A DNA stretch of 64,000 nucleotides, taken from Gemmatimonadota bacterium (GTDB taxonomy: Bacteria > Latescibacterota > UBA2968 > UBA8231). The stretch lies in the NCBI GenBank assembly GCA_038153405.1, contig JAYOYH010000001.1, positions 32,156 through 96,155 on the forward strand, given 5' to 3'. The notes under the pieces are model-generated. The model worked only from the letters and a program-made list of their open reading frames with translations. It had not been told where the DNA came from and did not search any database. Of this stretch, positions 9,242-18,790 are shown one piece after another; the stretch's first letter is position 1; each line of letters opens with the position of its first letter. The position numbers and the translations under genes are program-made.

Positions 9242-9685
9242 ATGAGTCACAAACGACAAATCGGCCTCGTGCTCTGCGCGCTGCTGTGCGCGCAGGCCGT
9301 GCTGCCAGCGCTGCTGTGGGCCGCCGAGTTGGAACGTCATTTTGCGCCCTGCTGTGGCGAGTGGTCACAGCGCTGGCAGCGCACTGTGGACGCGGCTGAA
9401 GTGGGTAGCAAAGCCGCTGCGCGGCAGGAGCGACCCACCGAACGGCGCAGGGGGCGGCGGCTGTTAATGAGCGCTGCCTGGACGCTGGGCATGGGGGCAT
9501 TTGCCTACTGGGGCAAAGAGCGCGCCAACAGCGCCTATACGCGCTATATGCACTCGGCCAATACGCTGAATCAGCAGCGCTATTTCGAGCGCGCCGAACG
9601 CTACGATCGCATGGCCGGAGCGGCTTTTATCGGCATGGAAGTAGGCGTTCTCTTTACTACATACCTGCTGTTTTTTCGCCGATGA
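9242..9685 (+). CDS. Hypothetical membrane protein
   Basis: GGAGAAGG RBS, signal-like N-terminus and two hydrophobic segments; stop overlaps the next start (ATGA). Confidence 0.65.
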   Translation: MSHKRQIGLVLCALLCAQAVLPALLWAAELERHFAPCCGEWSQRWQRTVDAAEVGSKAAARQERPTERRRGRRLLMSAAWTLGMGAFAYWGKERANSAYTRYMHSANTLNQQRYFERAERYDRMAGAAFIGMEVGVLFTTYLLFFRR

Positions 9686-10923
9686 GCACACTGCATTTCA
9701 TCGCGCTCTGCGCCCTGCTGTGGGTCTCCTGCAGCGATCGCCAGCGCCTCAATCCACTCGATCCGCAGGCCGGTCCGAGCGCTTTGGCAGTGGGCAATTT
9801 GGAGGCGATGGCCGGGGATGGACAGGTCGATCTGCTCTGGGACTATAGCTCATATGACGACGTCGAGGGCTATCAGCTCTACCGCAGAGAGGGCGATGGC
9901 CTACTGGTCCCGTTGACGGCCGAGCCGCTGCCGGCAGAGCGCACGGACTTTGTCGATCGCAGCGCGGTCAACGGCACGCTCTACGAGTATAGCCTGGTTC
10001 TGTTGATCGCAGGTCAGGGCGAGCGCAGCGCCGGCCAGCCCGTGCGCGCAACGCCGGGCCCCGAAACGGTCTGGGTCGCCGATCGCGGCAGCGGTTTGGT
10101 ATGGAAGGTGAACCCCGACGCGCGCAGCGCGCGCTTTGCGCGCGGGCGCTTTTTCGATCTGCGCGATATCGCCGTCGATGACAGCGATGGATCCTGCTGG
10201 GTCAGCGACGGCAGTGCCGGTTCGCTCTATCGAATCGATGCGGAAGGTACGCTGCACCGCTTAGCTGCTGATCTGAAGAAGTCGGGCGCGTTGGAGATCG
10301 ATGCGAGCGCGGGCATTGGTTGGGTTGCCGATACGCAGCGAGCAGAGGTGTTCTGGTTCTCGCTAGCCAGCAGCGACTCGCTGGAATTCTTCGTCGTCGA
10401 CGCGAGTCTGGCCGAGCCGGCGGGCCTTGCGGCCATTGCCGGGGCGTGTTGGATTGTCGACCGATTGCAGGGCCGGGCGTTCCTCTATTCGTCGCGCGGG
10501 CAGCGCCTGGTGGAATTTCGCTCGTTGGATCGGCCCAGCTACGTCGACGCCGGTCCAGAGGGAGCCGCTTGGGTGCTGGTGCGCGACGGCGATGCCATGA
10601 TGCGGTTAGACCTCGATGGCTCCGAGCGAGAAGTGGAACTGCCCTTCGCAAACGCGCGCTCGCTGGCCGTAAACAGCCGCGATGGCAGCGTCTGGGTTGT
10701 GTCGGAGCGCGCCATGGCGCATTACAATCGCGATGGGGTGCTGCTACAGCAGTGGGAAGACGTGCCCACAGGCCGGGCCATCGCCGTTGATTCGGGGCAG
10801 AGTCGAACGTGGTTAGCCACGGCCTCTACGCTGTGGAAATTCACTGAAGACGGCGCATCGCTGGCGCGTTTGGAGGGGTTTTCGGCGCTGACGCACCTAT
10901 CGATCTATCCGGGGCGGAACTAG
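9682..10923 (+). CDS. Lipoprotein with FN3-like domain and NHL/beta-propeller repeats
   Basis: Lipobox LWVSC, RLNPLDP, FN3-like (V.L.W...GY.LYR...FVD....GT.YEY), and repeated WVAD/WVSD units. Confidence 0.75.
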   Translation: MSTLHFIALCALLWVSCSDRQRLNPLDPQAGPSALAVGNLEAMAGDGQVDLLWDYSSYDDVEGYQLYRREGDGLLVPLTAEPLPAERTDFVDRSAVNGTLYEYSLVLLIAGQGERSAGQPVRATPGPETVWVADRGSGLVWKVNPDARSARFARGRFFDLRDIAVDDSDGSCWVSDGSAGSLYRIDAEGTLHRLAADLKKSGALEIDASAGIGWVADTQRAEVFWFSLASSDSLEFFVVDASLAEPAGLAAIAGACWIVDRLQGRAFLYSSRGQRLVEFRSLDRPSYVDAGPEGAAWVLVRDGDAMMRLDLDGSEREVELPFANARSLAVNSRDGSVWVVSERAMAHYNRDGVLLQQWEDVPTGRAIAVDSGQSRTWLATASTLWKFTEDGASLARLEGFSALTHLSIYPGRN

Positions 10924-10994
10924 GCGAACCTCGACATTGGCCTCTGTGCCCTTTATGTTATCTATATACATATACAGAGAAATAAGAGGCTTGG

Positions 10995-11873
10995 ATGATC
11001 GCTAGCATGACCGGCTTTGGGCGCGGGAGTGCCGAGGGCAAGGGGGGCAGCATCGGCGTGGAATTGCGCTCGGTGAATAGCCGCTTCCTCGATATACAGG
11101 TGCGCAGCCCGCAGTCGCTGCAGGCATTTGAGCAGAGCGTGCGGGAGCAAGTGCAAAAAGCGGTGGGGCGCGGCAAAATCAGCGTCCATATATCGCTCGA
11201 CGAAGGGGGAGATGGCGGTCCATTGCCGCAGCTCGATGAGGCGGTGGCTTCCCGCTATATCGACGAGGCCAAGCGCCTATCGTCCATGGAGGGGGTGTGC
11301 GGCGATGTCGACCTAGCCGTGCTGATGCGCCTGCCGGGAATTTTTCGCAGCGGGAACGCCGCCGTCGATAACGAGGACAACGAGGCGCTGCTGCACGCGG
11401 CGCTGCAGGCGGCGCTGGACGATTTTTTGGCCATGTGCCATAGCGAAGGTGCTGCGCTGTCGGCCGACCTGCGCGTCCGCATCGATACCATTGAAAACCT
11501 GCTAACGCAGATTGAAGAGCGCGTGCCCGAGGCGCGACAGCAGGTGCAAAACCGTCTGCGCGAGCGCATCGAAGAATTGCTGAGACCGGGTGAGGTGGAC
11601 GAGGCGCGTCTGGCTATGGAGGTGGCCCTAATCGCCGAACGCAGCGACATAATGGAAGAAATCGTGCGCTTTCACAGCCATAATAGCCAGTTTCTCGACG
11701 CCCTAGAAAAGGGCGGCGAAGTGGGCCGTCGCTTTAACTTTCTTCTGCAGGAAATGAATCGCGAGGCCAACACGATTAGCTCAAAGGCCGCCAATACGCC
11801 CATTGTACACGCGGCGCTGGAAATCAAAGAAGAAGTGGAGCGCCTGCGGGAACAGGTGCAGAATTTGGCCTGA
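10995..11873 (+). CDS. yicC: YicC/YloC family endoribonuclease
   Basis: MIASMTGFGR, ELRSVNSRFLD, GRRFNFLLQEMNREANT, ERLREQVQN. Confidence 0.93.
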   Translation: MIASMTGFGRGSAEGKGGSIGVELRSVNSRFLDIQVRSPQSLQAFEQSVREQVQKAVGRGKISVHISLDEGGDGGPLPQLDEAVASRYIDEAKRLSSMEGVCGDVDLAVLMRLPGIFRSGNAAVDNEDNEALLHAALQAALDDFLAMCHSEGAALSADLRVRIDTIENLLTQIEERVPEARQQVQNRLRERIEELLRPGEVDEARLAMEVALIAERSDIMEEIVRFHSHNSQFLDALEKGGEVGRRFNFLLQEMNREANTISSKAANTPIVHAALEIKEEVERLREQVQNLA

Positions 11874-11880
11874 GGTGTCT

Positions 11881-12408
11881 GTGTCTATACTCACCGTGAG
11901 CGGTTTGCCTGGTAGCGGCACCAGCACGGCCTGCGCCCTTTTGCGCGAGCGCTTGGGGTGGCACTACGTGAATGCGGGGCAGATTTTTCGCGATATGGCC
12001 AACGAGCAGGGGCTCACATTGGCCGAATGGGGTGCTCGTGCCGAAGCCGATCCACGCATAGATCGCCAATTAGACGAGCGCATGGTACAGGTTGCGCGCG
12101 ATAAGGCGCCGGTTGTTCTCGAAGGCCGCATGACGGGTTGGATGGCCTTGCGCAGCGGGCTGACGGCACTGAAGGTGTGGCTTGCCGCATCGGCCGAAGC
12201 GCGCGCACAGCGGGTCGGCGGGCGCGATGGCGATCTGCAGGCGCTCGAAAAGATGCTGGCGCGCCAGGCTTCTGAAGCGCAGCGCTATCGCGAGCACCAC
12301 GGCATTGACATCGCCGATTTGTCGATCTACGACGTCGTTATTGACACGGTAGAGCACGCGCCTACCTGCGTAGTCGAACGCATTGAACGCGCCCTCGGAG
12401 GACGCTAG
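11881..12408 (+). CDS. cmk: Cytidylate kinase family 2 (archaeal-type) nucleoside monophosphate kinase
   Basis: TVSGLPGSGTST P-loop, AGQIFRDMA, IDRQLD, VLEGR, KVWL.A..E.RA.R, YGID-like/YDVVIDT. The start could also be GTG 11875. Confidence 0.8.
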   Translation: MSILTVSGLPGSGTSTACALLRERLGWHYVNAGQIFRDMANEQGLTLAEWGARAEADPRIDRQLDERMVQVARDKAPVVLEGRMTGWMALRSGLTALKVWLAASAEARAQRVGGRDGDLQALEKMLARQASEAQRYREHHGIDIADLSIYDVVIDTVEHAPTCVVERIERALGGR

Positions 12409-12411
12409 CCC

Positions 12412-13611
12412 ATGCTGCGCGGTCGTCGCATCATACTGCTCATCAGCGGCGGTATTGCCGCCTATAAAGCGCCGCTGCTGCTGCGCGAGTTCGTCCGGCG
12501 CGGTGCCGACGTGCGCGTTGTTGCCACCGCCAATGCCGGGCACTTCGTGGCATTCCCGGCGCTTGAAGTGCTGTCGCGCCATCCCGTTTATAGCGATCTG
12601 TTTTGTCGCGATTCTGAATTTCCCGTGCTGCACGTCGGCCTGGCCGAATGGGCCGATGCCATTGTCGTTGCACCGGCTACGGCCCACTTGCTCGGTCGGG
12701 CGGCTCATGGTCTGGCTGACGATTTGGCGACGACGCTGCTGCTGAGTGCGCGCGTGCCGGTTGTGGCCGCCCCGGCCATGGAAGAACACATGCTGCTGCA
12801 CGAAGCGGTGCAGGCCAACGCTGCTGCGGTGCGTGCGCGCGGCTGGCACTGGGTCGATCCGGTCGTCGGCGAACTGGCCTCTGGCGCCAGCGGCGCGGGG
12901 CGCATGGCCGAACCCGAGGACATCGCCGCGCGCGTCGAGGCGATGTGGACGCCGGGCGATTTGTGCAATGTGCGCGTGTTGGTAACGGCAGGGCCCACGC
13001 TGGAGGACATCGATCCGGTGCGCTTTATCGGCAATCGGTCCTCTGGCAAGATGGGCTTTGCCCTGGCCGAGCGGGCGCAGCTGCGCGGTGCGCAGGTGAC
13101 GCTAGTCGCCGGGCCGACGCACCTGCCGACTCCCTCTGGCGTCGAGCGCGTCGACGTGCGCTCTGCGGTGGAGATGCAGCGCGCGGCCGAAGCGTCGTTT
13201 GCCGCGGCCGATGCGGCCATTCTCGCCGCGGCTGTCGCCGACTACCGGGCGGCCGTCGTCTCCGAGCACAAGATCAAGCGCGGCGATGGGGCACGCACGC
13301 TCGAACTTGTCGAGAACCCCGATATCGCATCCTGTCTTGGTCAGCGCAAAGAAGGGCGCACGCTAGTGCTATTCGCCATGGAGACGGAGCGCGGTCTCGA
13401 GCGCGCACGAGAGAAACTGCTGCGCAAAGGGGGCGATCTCATTGCGCTCAACAATTTATACGACGAAGGCGCGGGTTTTGCCGTCGATACCAACGTCGTA
13501 ACGCTGCTCGACGCGGAGGGACACATCGAGAAACTGCCCAAGATGAGCAAGGTCGGGGTGGCCGATCGCATCTTGGATTGGCTCGTTGCGGCGCGCGTTA
13601 AAACGGCTTGA
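12412..13611 (+). CDS. coaBC: Bifunctional phosphopantothenoylcysteine decarboxylase/ligase
   Basis: GGIAAYK, APAT, APAM, TAGPT.E.IDPVRFIGN.SSGKMG, AAVADY, FAMET. Confidence 0.96.
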   Translation: MLRGRRIILLISGGIAAYKAPLLLREFVRRGADVRVVATANAGHFVAFPALEVLSRHPVYSDLFCRDSEFPVLHVGLAEWADAIVVAPATAHLLGRAAHGLADDLATTLLLSARVPVVAAPAMEEHMLLHEAVQANAAAVRARGWHWVDPVVGELASGASGAGRMAEPEDIAARVEAMWTPGDLCNVRVLVTAGPTLEDIDPVRFIGNRSSGKMGFALAERAQLRGAQVTLVAGPTHLPTPSGVERVDVRSAVEMQRAAEASFAAADAAILAAAVADYRAAVVSEHKIKRGDGARTLELVENPDIASCLGQRKEGRTLVLFAMETERGLERAREKLLRKGGDLIALNNLYDEGAGFAVDTNVVTLLDAEGHIEKLPKMSKVGVADRILDWLVAARVKTA

Positions 13612-13643
13612 CTTGGCTAGGGTGAGCACAGATCTTGAGTTCC

Positions 13644-14411
13644 ATGGACAAAGCTCGTGACAGCACAGATTCACTCGCCGCGGCGCGGCGCTATGTGGAG
13701 GATCTGGTCCTTTTTGAGGGCGACGCATTTTTGCTTCCAGCCGGGACTGTCGACGCCGTGCTGTGCGAGCGGCGTCCCGCTTCAACGGGAGAGCCGGCAG
13801 CGAGCGACGCGGAAGCCGATCAAACGGTCGCTGAAGCGCCCGGCGATGTTGTCGCTTCGGGGCTAGAGGCTTTTCGACAGCAAATCTGCGAGTGCACTCG
13901 CTGTCGCCTGGGAGCGACGCGCAACCGGTTCGTTTTTGGCAGCGGGCGCGAGGATGCCGGCATCCTGTTTGTCGGCGAGGCGCCTGGCGCCGACGAAGAC
14001 CGCTCCGGGCAGCCCTTTGTCGGCGCAGCGGGACAGCTATTGACCAAGATCATAGAAGCTATGGGGCTGGCGCGCGAAGACGTGTACATTTGCAATATAC
14101 TCAAGTGCCGCCCCCCGAATAATCGCGACCCACAGCCCGATGAGATTGAGCAGTGCGAACCGTATTTAAAACGCCAGATCGAGTGGGTGCAGCCGCGCGT
14201 CATATGCACGCTTGGGCGCTTTGCGGCCCAGACCCTGCTGCGCAGCGATCAGTCCATGGGCCGACTGCGCGAGAGCGAGCACCGCTACGAGGGCATACCG
14301 CTTATCGCGACCTATCATCCGGCGGCACTCCTGCGCAACCCCCAGTGGAAACGGCCGACCTGGGAGGACATGAAAAAGGTGCGCCGACTTTACGATGGCG
14401 TCGAACTATGA
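13644..14411 (+). CDS. udg: Uracil-DNA glycosylase, family 4 (Fe-S)
   Basis: CTRCRL, FVGEAPG, PFVG.AG, NILKCRPPNNRDP, TYHPAALLRNP. Start is ATG 13644 or TTG 13635. Confidence 0.93.
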   Translation: MDKARDSTDSLAAARRYVEDLVLFEGDAFLLPAGTVDAVLCERRPASTGEPAASDAEADQTVAEAPGDVVASGLEAFRQQICECTRCRLGATRNRFVFGSGREDAGILFVGEAPGADEDRSGQPFVGAAGQLLTKIIEAMGLAREDVYICNILKCRPPNNRDPQPDEIEQCEPYLKRQIEWVQPRVICTLGRFAAQTLLRSDQSMGRLRESEHRYEGIPLIATYHPAALLRNPQWKRPTWEDMKKVRRLYDGVEL

Positions 14412-14418
14412 GGATGGC

Positions 14419-15882
14419 ATGAGTCAGGGGCACAACGGCAACGGCGGCTACGGAGGTAACGGCGCGCGCAGAGGGGAAGGGCGAGCTCGAACGAGTTCGA
14501 CGTCGGGAATCGAGCGCCTGCCACCGCAGGCCGTCGAAGTGGAGCAAGCCGTAATCGGAGCGATGATGATCGACTCGCGTGCCATTGGCCGCGCCTACGA
14601 AATCCTTGATGAAAGCTGCTTTTACCACGGTGCCAATGGCCTGATTTTCCAGGCGATCATGGCTCTATATGAGCGCAGTGAGGCGGTGGATCAACTCACG
14701 CTGGGCGAAGAGCTAAAAAAGCGCGAACAACTCGCCGAGGTCGGCGGCGTGAGCTACCTAGCCAAGCTCGCCACCGAAGTGGCTACGTCGGCCAATATCG
14801 ACTTTCACGCCCGCATCGTCCTCGACCGGGCGCTGAGTCGCAAGCTAATCGAAACGGCCAGCGAGGTAATTGAACAGGCCTACGAGGGCACCGACGAAGT
14901 GCAGAGCCTGATCGATCGCACCGAAGAGCGCATCTTCAGCCTCTCGGAAAACCAGATTAGCGATGGTTTTCAGCCGCTTGAACAGGTCTTGGGCGAGACG
15001 TTGGAAATGATCGAACGCGCGCACAATCGCGTTAGCACCGTTTCCGGGATCGACACGGGCTTTGCCGATCTCAACGAGCGCACCTCGGGGCTGCAGGCCG
15101 GCGACCTAATTATTTTGGCGGCGCGCCCCAGCGTCGGCAAAACGGCTTTTGCCCTGTCGATTGCGCGCAATGCTGCCCTGTCAAATACGGATACGGGGCA
15201 TAGCAACGGCGTGGCCCTGTTTAGTTTGGAAATGTCTAAGACGCAGCTGGCGCAGCGCTTGCTCAGCGCAGAGACGCGCGTCGATCTGCACAAGCTGCGC
15301 ACGGGCAGGCTGCGCGAGGACGACTGGCTGCGCATCACCCACAGCGTCGGGCGCTTGGCTCAGGCACCGATTTACATCGACGATACCCCAGGGATTTCCG
15401 TACTTGAAGCGCGCGCCAAGGCGCGGCGTCTAAAGCGCGAGTACGGGTTGGGGCTCGTCGTCGTCGACTATTTACAGCTGATGAGCTCGCATACCCGCGT
15501 GCAGAGTCGCGAGCAGGAAATTTCCATGATCTCGCGCGGTTTGAAAGCGCTGGCAAAAGAGCTCGATGTGCCGGTGTTGGCTCTGTCGCAGCTATCGCGC
15601 GCGGTCGAGAGCCGCACCGACAAGCGCCCGCAGCTGTCCGACCTGCGCGAGTCTGGTTCAATCGAGCAAGATGCCGACGTGGTCATGTTTATCTACCGCC
15701 CCGATATCTATGGCCTGAAGTCACCCGACGGTGCCAGCTTGGAAGGGATTGCCGAGATCATTATTGGCAAACAGCGCAACGGACCGGTGGGCTCAGTGCA
15801 TTTACAGTGGAATGCCGAAAGTGCCACCTACGAGACACTGGCGCCCGAGTGGCGCCTCGAGCCAGAAGAGGAAGAGATTTAG
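14419..15882 (+). CDS. dnaB: Replicative DNA helicase
   Basis: PPQAVEVEQAV, AARPSVGKT, FSLEM, VDYLQL, LSQLSR, DLRESGSIEQDAD, KQRNGP. Start is 14419 (GAGGA RBS) or 14395; no intein. Confidence 0.97.
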   Translation: MSQGHNGNGGYGGNGARRGEGRARTSSTSGIERLPPQAVEVEQAVIGAMMIDSRAIGRAYEILDESCFYHGANGLIFQAIMALYERSEAVDQLTLGEELKKREQLAEVGGVSYLAKLATEVATSANIDFHARIVLDRALSRKLIETASEVIEQAYEGTDEVQSLIDRTEERIFSLSENQISDGFQPLEQVLGETLEMIERAHNRVSTVSGIDTGFADLNERTSGLQAGDLIILAARPSVGKTAFALSIARNAALSNTDTGHSNGVALFSLEMSKTQLAQRLLSAETRVDLHKLRTGRLREDDWLRITHSVGRLAQAPIYIDDTPGISVLEARAKARRLKREYGLGLVVVDYLQLMSSHTRVQSREQEISMISRGLKALAKELDVPVLALSQLSRAVESRTDKRPQLSDLRESGSIEQDADVVMFIYRPDIYGLKSPDGASLEGIAEIIIGKQRNGPVGSVHLQWNAESATYETLAPEWRLEPEEEEI

Positions 15883-15884
15883 TC

Positions 15885-16661
15885 ATGCACCGCACGGCAC
15901 TGATCACCGGGGCATCGAGCGGCATCGGGTTGGAACTGGCGCGCGAGTTTGCTCGCCACGGACACGACCTGGTGCTGGTGGCTCGGCGCGCGGAGCGGTT
16001 AGAAGAGATTGCCACAGCGCTGCGATCGGACCACGGCGTCGAAGTCTGCGCCTTGGCCTACGACCTATCTGTCTTGGACAATGGGTGCGCGCTGCACGGG
16101 GTATTGACTGAGCGCGGCATCCAGATAGACTACTTGATTAACAATGCCGGCTTTGGCTCTTACGGTCCCTTTGTCGAAGGCGATGCCGCTCGCCAACAGG
16201 AGATGATCGCGCTCAATATCGCTGCTCTGACGCAGCTGACCCGCTTATTTGTGCCCGATATGGTGGCGCGTCGATCCGGCTGCGTGCTCAACGTGGCTTC
16301 GACGGCGGCCTTTCAGCCCGGTCCCATGATGGCCATATACTTTGCGACCAAGGCCTACGTGCTGCATTTCTCCGAGGCCATAGCCAACGAACTGAGGGGC
16401 ACCGGCGTCAGCGTGACGGCGCTGTGTCCCGGTTCCACGGAGTCGGATTTTGCTCGCACGGCCAACGCGGAGCGCTCGCTGATTTTTACCATGCGAACCT
16501 TACCTAGTAGCGCAGATGTGGCGCGCTATGGCTATCGCGCAGCGCATAAGAAAAAGCGCGTAGCCGTGCACGGTGTGTTGAACAAGGCACTGGTGCAGCT
16601 AGTGCGCTTTACTCCCCGCAGGCTCGTGGCGGCGATTGCTCGGCGCATGATGGCCGATTGA
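15885..16661 (+). CDS. SDR family oxidoreductase
   Basis: TGASSGIG, NNAG, YFATK. Confidence 0.92.
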   Translation: MHRTALITGASSGIGLELAREFARHGHDLVLVARRAERLEEIATALRSDHGVEVCALAYDLSVLDNGCALHGVLTERGIQIDYLINNAGFGSYGPFVEGDAARQQEMIALNIAALTQLTRLFVPDMVARRSGCVLNVASTAAFQPGPMMAIYFATKAYVLHFSEAIANELRGTGVSVTALCPGSTESDFARTANAERSLIFTMRTLPSSADVARYGYRAAHKKKRVAVHGVLNKALVQLVRFTPRRLVAAIARRMMAD

Positions 16662-16668
16662 GGCTGTA

Positions 16669-17685
16669 ATGTTTATAGATGAAGTGGAAATGGTGGTGGA
16701 GTCGGGGACGGGCGGCAGCGGCTGCTGCTCGTTTCGCAGGGAAAAATACGTGCCGCGGGGTGGACCGGACGGCGGCGACGGCGGCGACGGCGGCGATGTA
16801 GTATTCGTCGTCGATGCGCAGCTGGGCACGCTGCGCGACCTGCGCTATCGCCACCATCTACAGGCGGGCCGCGGCGAACACGGACAGGGCAAGAACAAAA
16901 CGGGCATGCGCGGAGAAGACGCCATTATACGCGTGCCGCCCGGCACGATACTCAAGGCACAGGACGGTCAGGTGATATGCGACTTGGTCGTCCCCGACGA
17001 GGCGTTCCGCTTTCTGAAGGGGGGCCGCGGGGGGCGCGGCAACGCTCGATTTGCCTCGTCGCGCGTGCAGGCTCCGCGCCGTGCGGATCCCGGCTTGCCC
17101 GGTGAGGAGGTGGCTGTGCGCCTCGAATTAAAGCTGCTGGCCGACGTGGGGTTGGTCGGTTTTCCCAACGCGGGCAAATCGACGCTGCTGTCGCGCATTT
17201 CGGCCGCGCGTCCCAAAGTGGCCGATTATCCCTTCACCACGTTAGAGCCCCATCTGGGCATTGTGCAGTGGGCAGAATACGAGAGCTTTGTCATGGCCGA
17301 TCTGCCCGGCTTGATCTCCGGAGCGCACGAAGGCAAGGGGTTGGGCATGCGCTTTCTGCGCCACATTGAGCGGACGCGCCTGCTGCTCTTTGCCATTGAT
17401 TGCACCAGTGAAACACCCGAAGAGGATCTGGTGGCCCTGCGCCACGAGCTGGCCGAATTTGACGAGGGTATGCTCGACAAGCCGTGGGGCATAGCCTATA
17501 CCAAGGCGGATTTGATCGACGCTGATTGCTTTGTCGATCCGCTGGCCCATCACCCAGCGCCACACTTTCTGATTTCTGCTGTGAGCGGTCGCGGAATAGA
17601 GGAACTGCTGCGCGCTCTGGGGCAGGCCGTCAAGACCTTTCGCCAAGACGAGCGCAAGGCCGTGGAGGCCGCCGAGGGGGTGTAG
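16669..17685 (+). CDS. obgE: GTPase ObgE/CgtA
   Basis: MFIDE, FRREKYVPRGGPDGGDGG, GFPNAGKST, YPFTT, DLPG, TKAD. Confidence 0.97.
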   Translation: MFIDEVEMVVESGTGGSGCCSFRREKYVPRGGPDGGDGGDGGDVVFVVDAQLGTLRDLRYRHHLQAGRGEHGQGKNKTGMRGEDAIIRVPPGTILKAQDGQVICDLVVPDEAFRFLKGGRGGRGNARFASSRVQAPRRADPGLPGEEVAVRLELKLLADVGLVGFPNAGKSTLLSRISAARPKVADYPFTTLEPHLGIVQWAEYESFVMADLPGLISGAHEGKGLGMRFLRHIERTRLLLFAIDCTSETPEEDLVALRHELAEFDEGMLDKPWGIAYTKADLIDADCFVDPLAHHPAPHFLISAVSGRGIEELLRALGQAVKTFRQDERKAVEAAEGV

Positions 17686-17777
17686 ACGGCGCCCTCGCCG
17701 TGGGCTGTTCCATATCCATATAGCATCTCCACGGACAATGAGTGCGTATCCGTTCTAATTTCTACTTGTACTAGCTG

Positions 17778-18698
17778 CTAAGCTTTGCGCAGGGCGAGCG
17801 CTTTTAGTCGGTGGGCCGCATCGTCTGCAGCCACGTCGATGTCGAGTGCGGGCAGGTCGACGGCCTCGTAGCGCTCCTCGCGCAGCACCTGGCGCACCTG
17901 CTCGACAAAGGTGCGCTGATTCCACTTCTCGTAGTTGCTACTCAACAACAGCAGGCCGCCCCTTTCCAGCGCGTCGTCTATCTGTCGCAGCAGGTCGGTT
18001 AGGTCTTTTTCCAGGCTAAATACGCCCTGTGGCCCGCGTGCAAACGACGGCGGGTCGCATACGATAAGGTCGAAGCGCCGCCCGCGCTTGGCGCAGCCGC
18101 GCAGAAAATAGCGCGCGTCCGTCGACCAGAACTCGTGCGCTTCAACCTCCATTTGATTGAGGGTGAAGTTGGCGCGTGACCAGTCGAGAAAGGCGCGGCT
18201 GAGATCGACGCTGGTGACATGACTGGCTCCTCCCTGGACGGCGTTGAGGCTGAACCCGCCCGTATACGAAAACAGGTTGAGCACGCGGCATCCCACCGCG
18301 TGCGCGCGCAGCCAGCGGCGGTTGGCGCGCTGGTCGAGAAACAGACCCGGAGACAGCCCTTGGGCGCGGCGAAAGTGGTAGGATAGGTCTCCCTCGTTGG
18401 CCGTCCATGCTTCCGGTGCGCTCGACGGGTGCTGCCAGCGCGAGCGCGGATCGCGGCCGCGATCCTGCATGAATTGGGCACACCAGTGCGGTGACTGCGC
18501 AGCTTCGGCAAAGCCGGCCATAGCTGCGAGGTGCTCTGGCGTTGGTAGCCGGTAACAATAAAACCAGCACACGGGCCCCAGGCGATCGCAGCGAATATGT
18601 GCGTCTTCGCCGTGCAGGAGGCGCAAGGTATCCCATCTCGTATAGCGAAAATGCGCCTTGCGCGCGTCGAGTGCTCGCTGCCAGTGTTCGGGTATCAC
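17778..18698 (-). CDS. Class I SAM-dependent methyltransferase, RlmI/RlmK-like
   Basis: GLFLDQRANR, VLNLFSYTGGFS, VDLS, DPPSF. Confidence 0.85.
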   Translation of the reverse strand: MIPEHWQRALDARKAHFRYTRWDTLRLLHGEDAHIRCDRLGPVCWFYCYRLPTPEHLAAMAGFAEAAQSPHWCAQFMQDRGRDPRSRWQHPSSAPEAWTANEGDLSYHFRRAQGLSPGLFLDQRANRRWLRAHAVGCRVLNLFSYTGGFSLNAVQGGASHVTSVDLSRAFLDWSRANFTLNQMEVEAHEFWSTDARYFLRGCAKRGRRFDLIVCDPPSFARGPQGVFSLEKDLTDLLRQIDDALERGGLLLLSSNYEKWNQRTFVEQVRQVLREERYEAVDLPALDIDVAADDAAHRLKALALRKA

Positions 18699-18790
18699 GC
18701 GGGGGTCTCCACTTATCGTCTTTGCCGTTTGCTATGGATGGACATAAGTTAAATTACCATTTCAGATGTGCGAAATAGAGCGAGGTCTCC

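Noticed and set aside
14419..15882. Possible intein in dnaB
   Set aside because: Length is normal, the motifs are contiguous, and there are no splice-junction signatures.
16771..16797. Tandem GGCGGCGAC repeats
   Set aside because: They encode the conserved GGDGG glycine-rich motif of Obg; not a contingency repeat.
17757..17766. AATTTCTACT, the 5' part of the Cas12a repeat, here and at 3349-3358
   Set aside because: Neither copy has the closing GTAGAT stem, they are 14 kb apart with no spacer periodicity, and there are no cas genes. Not a CRISPR array.
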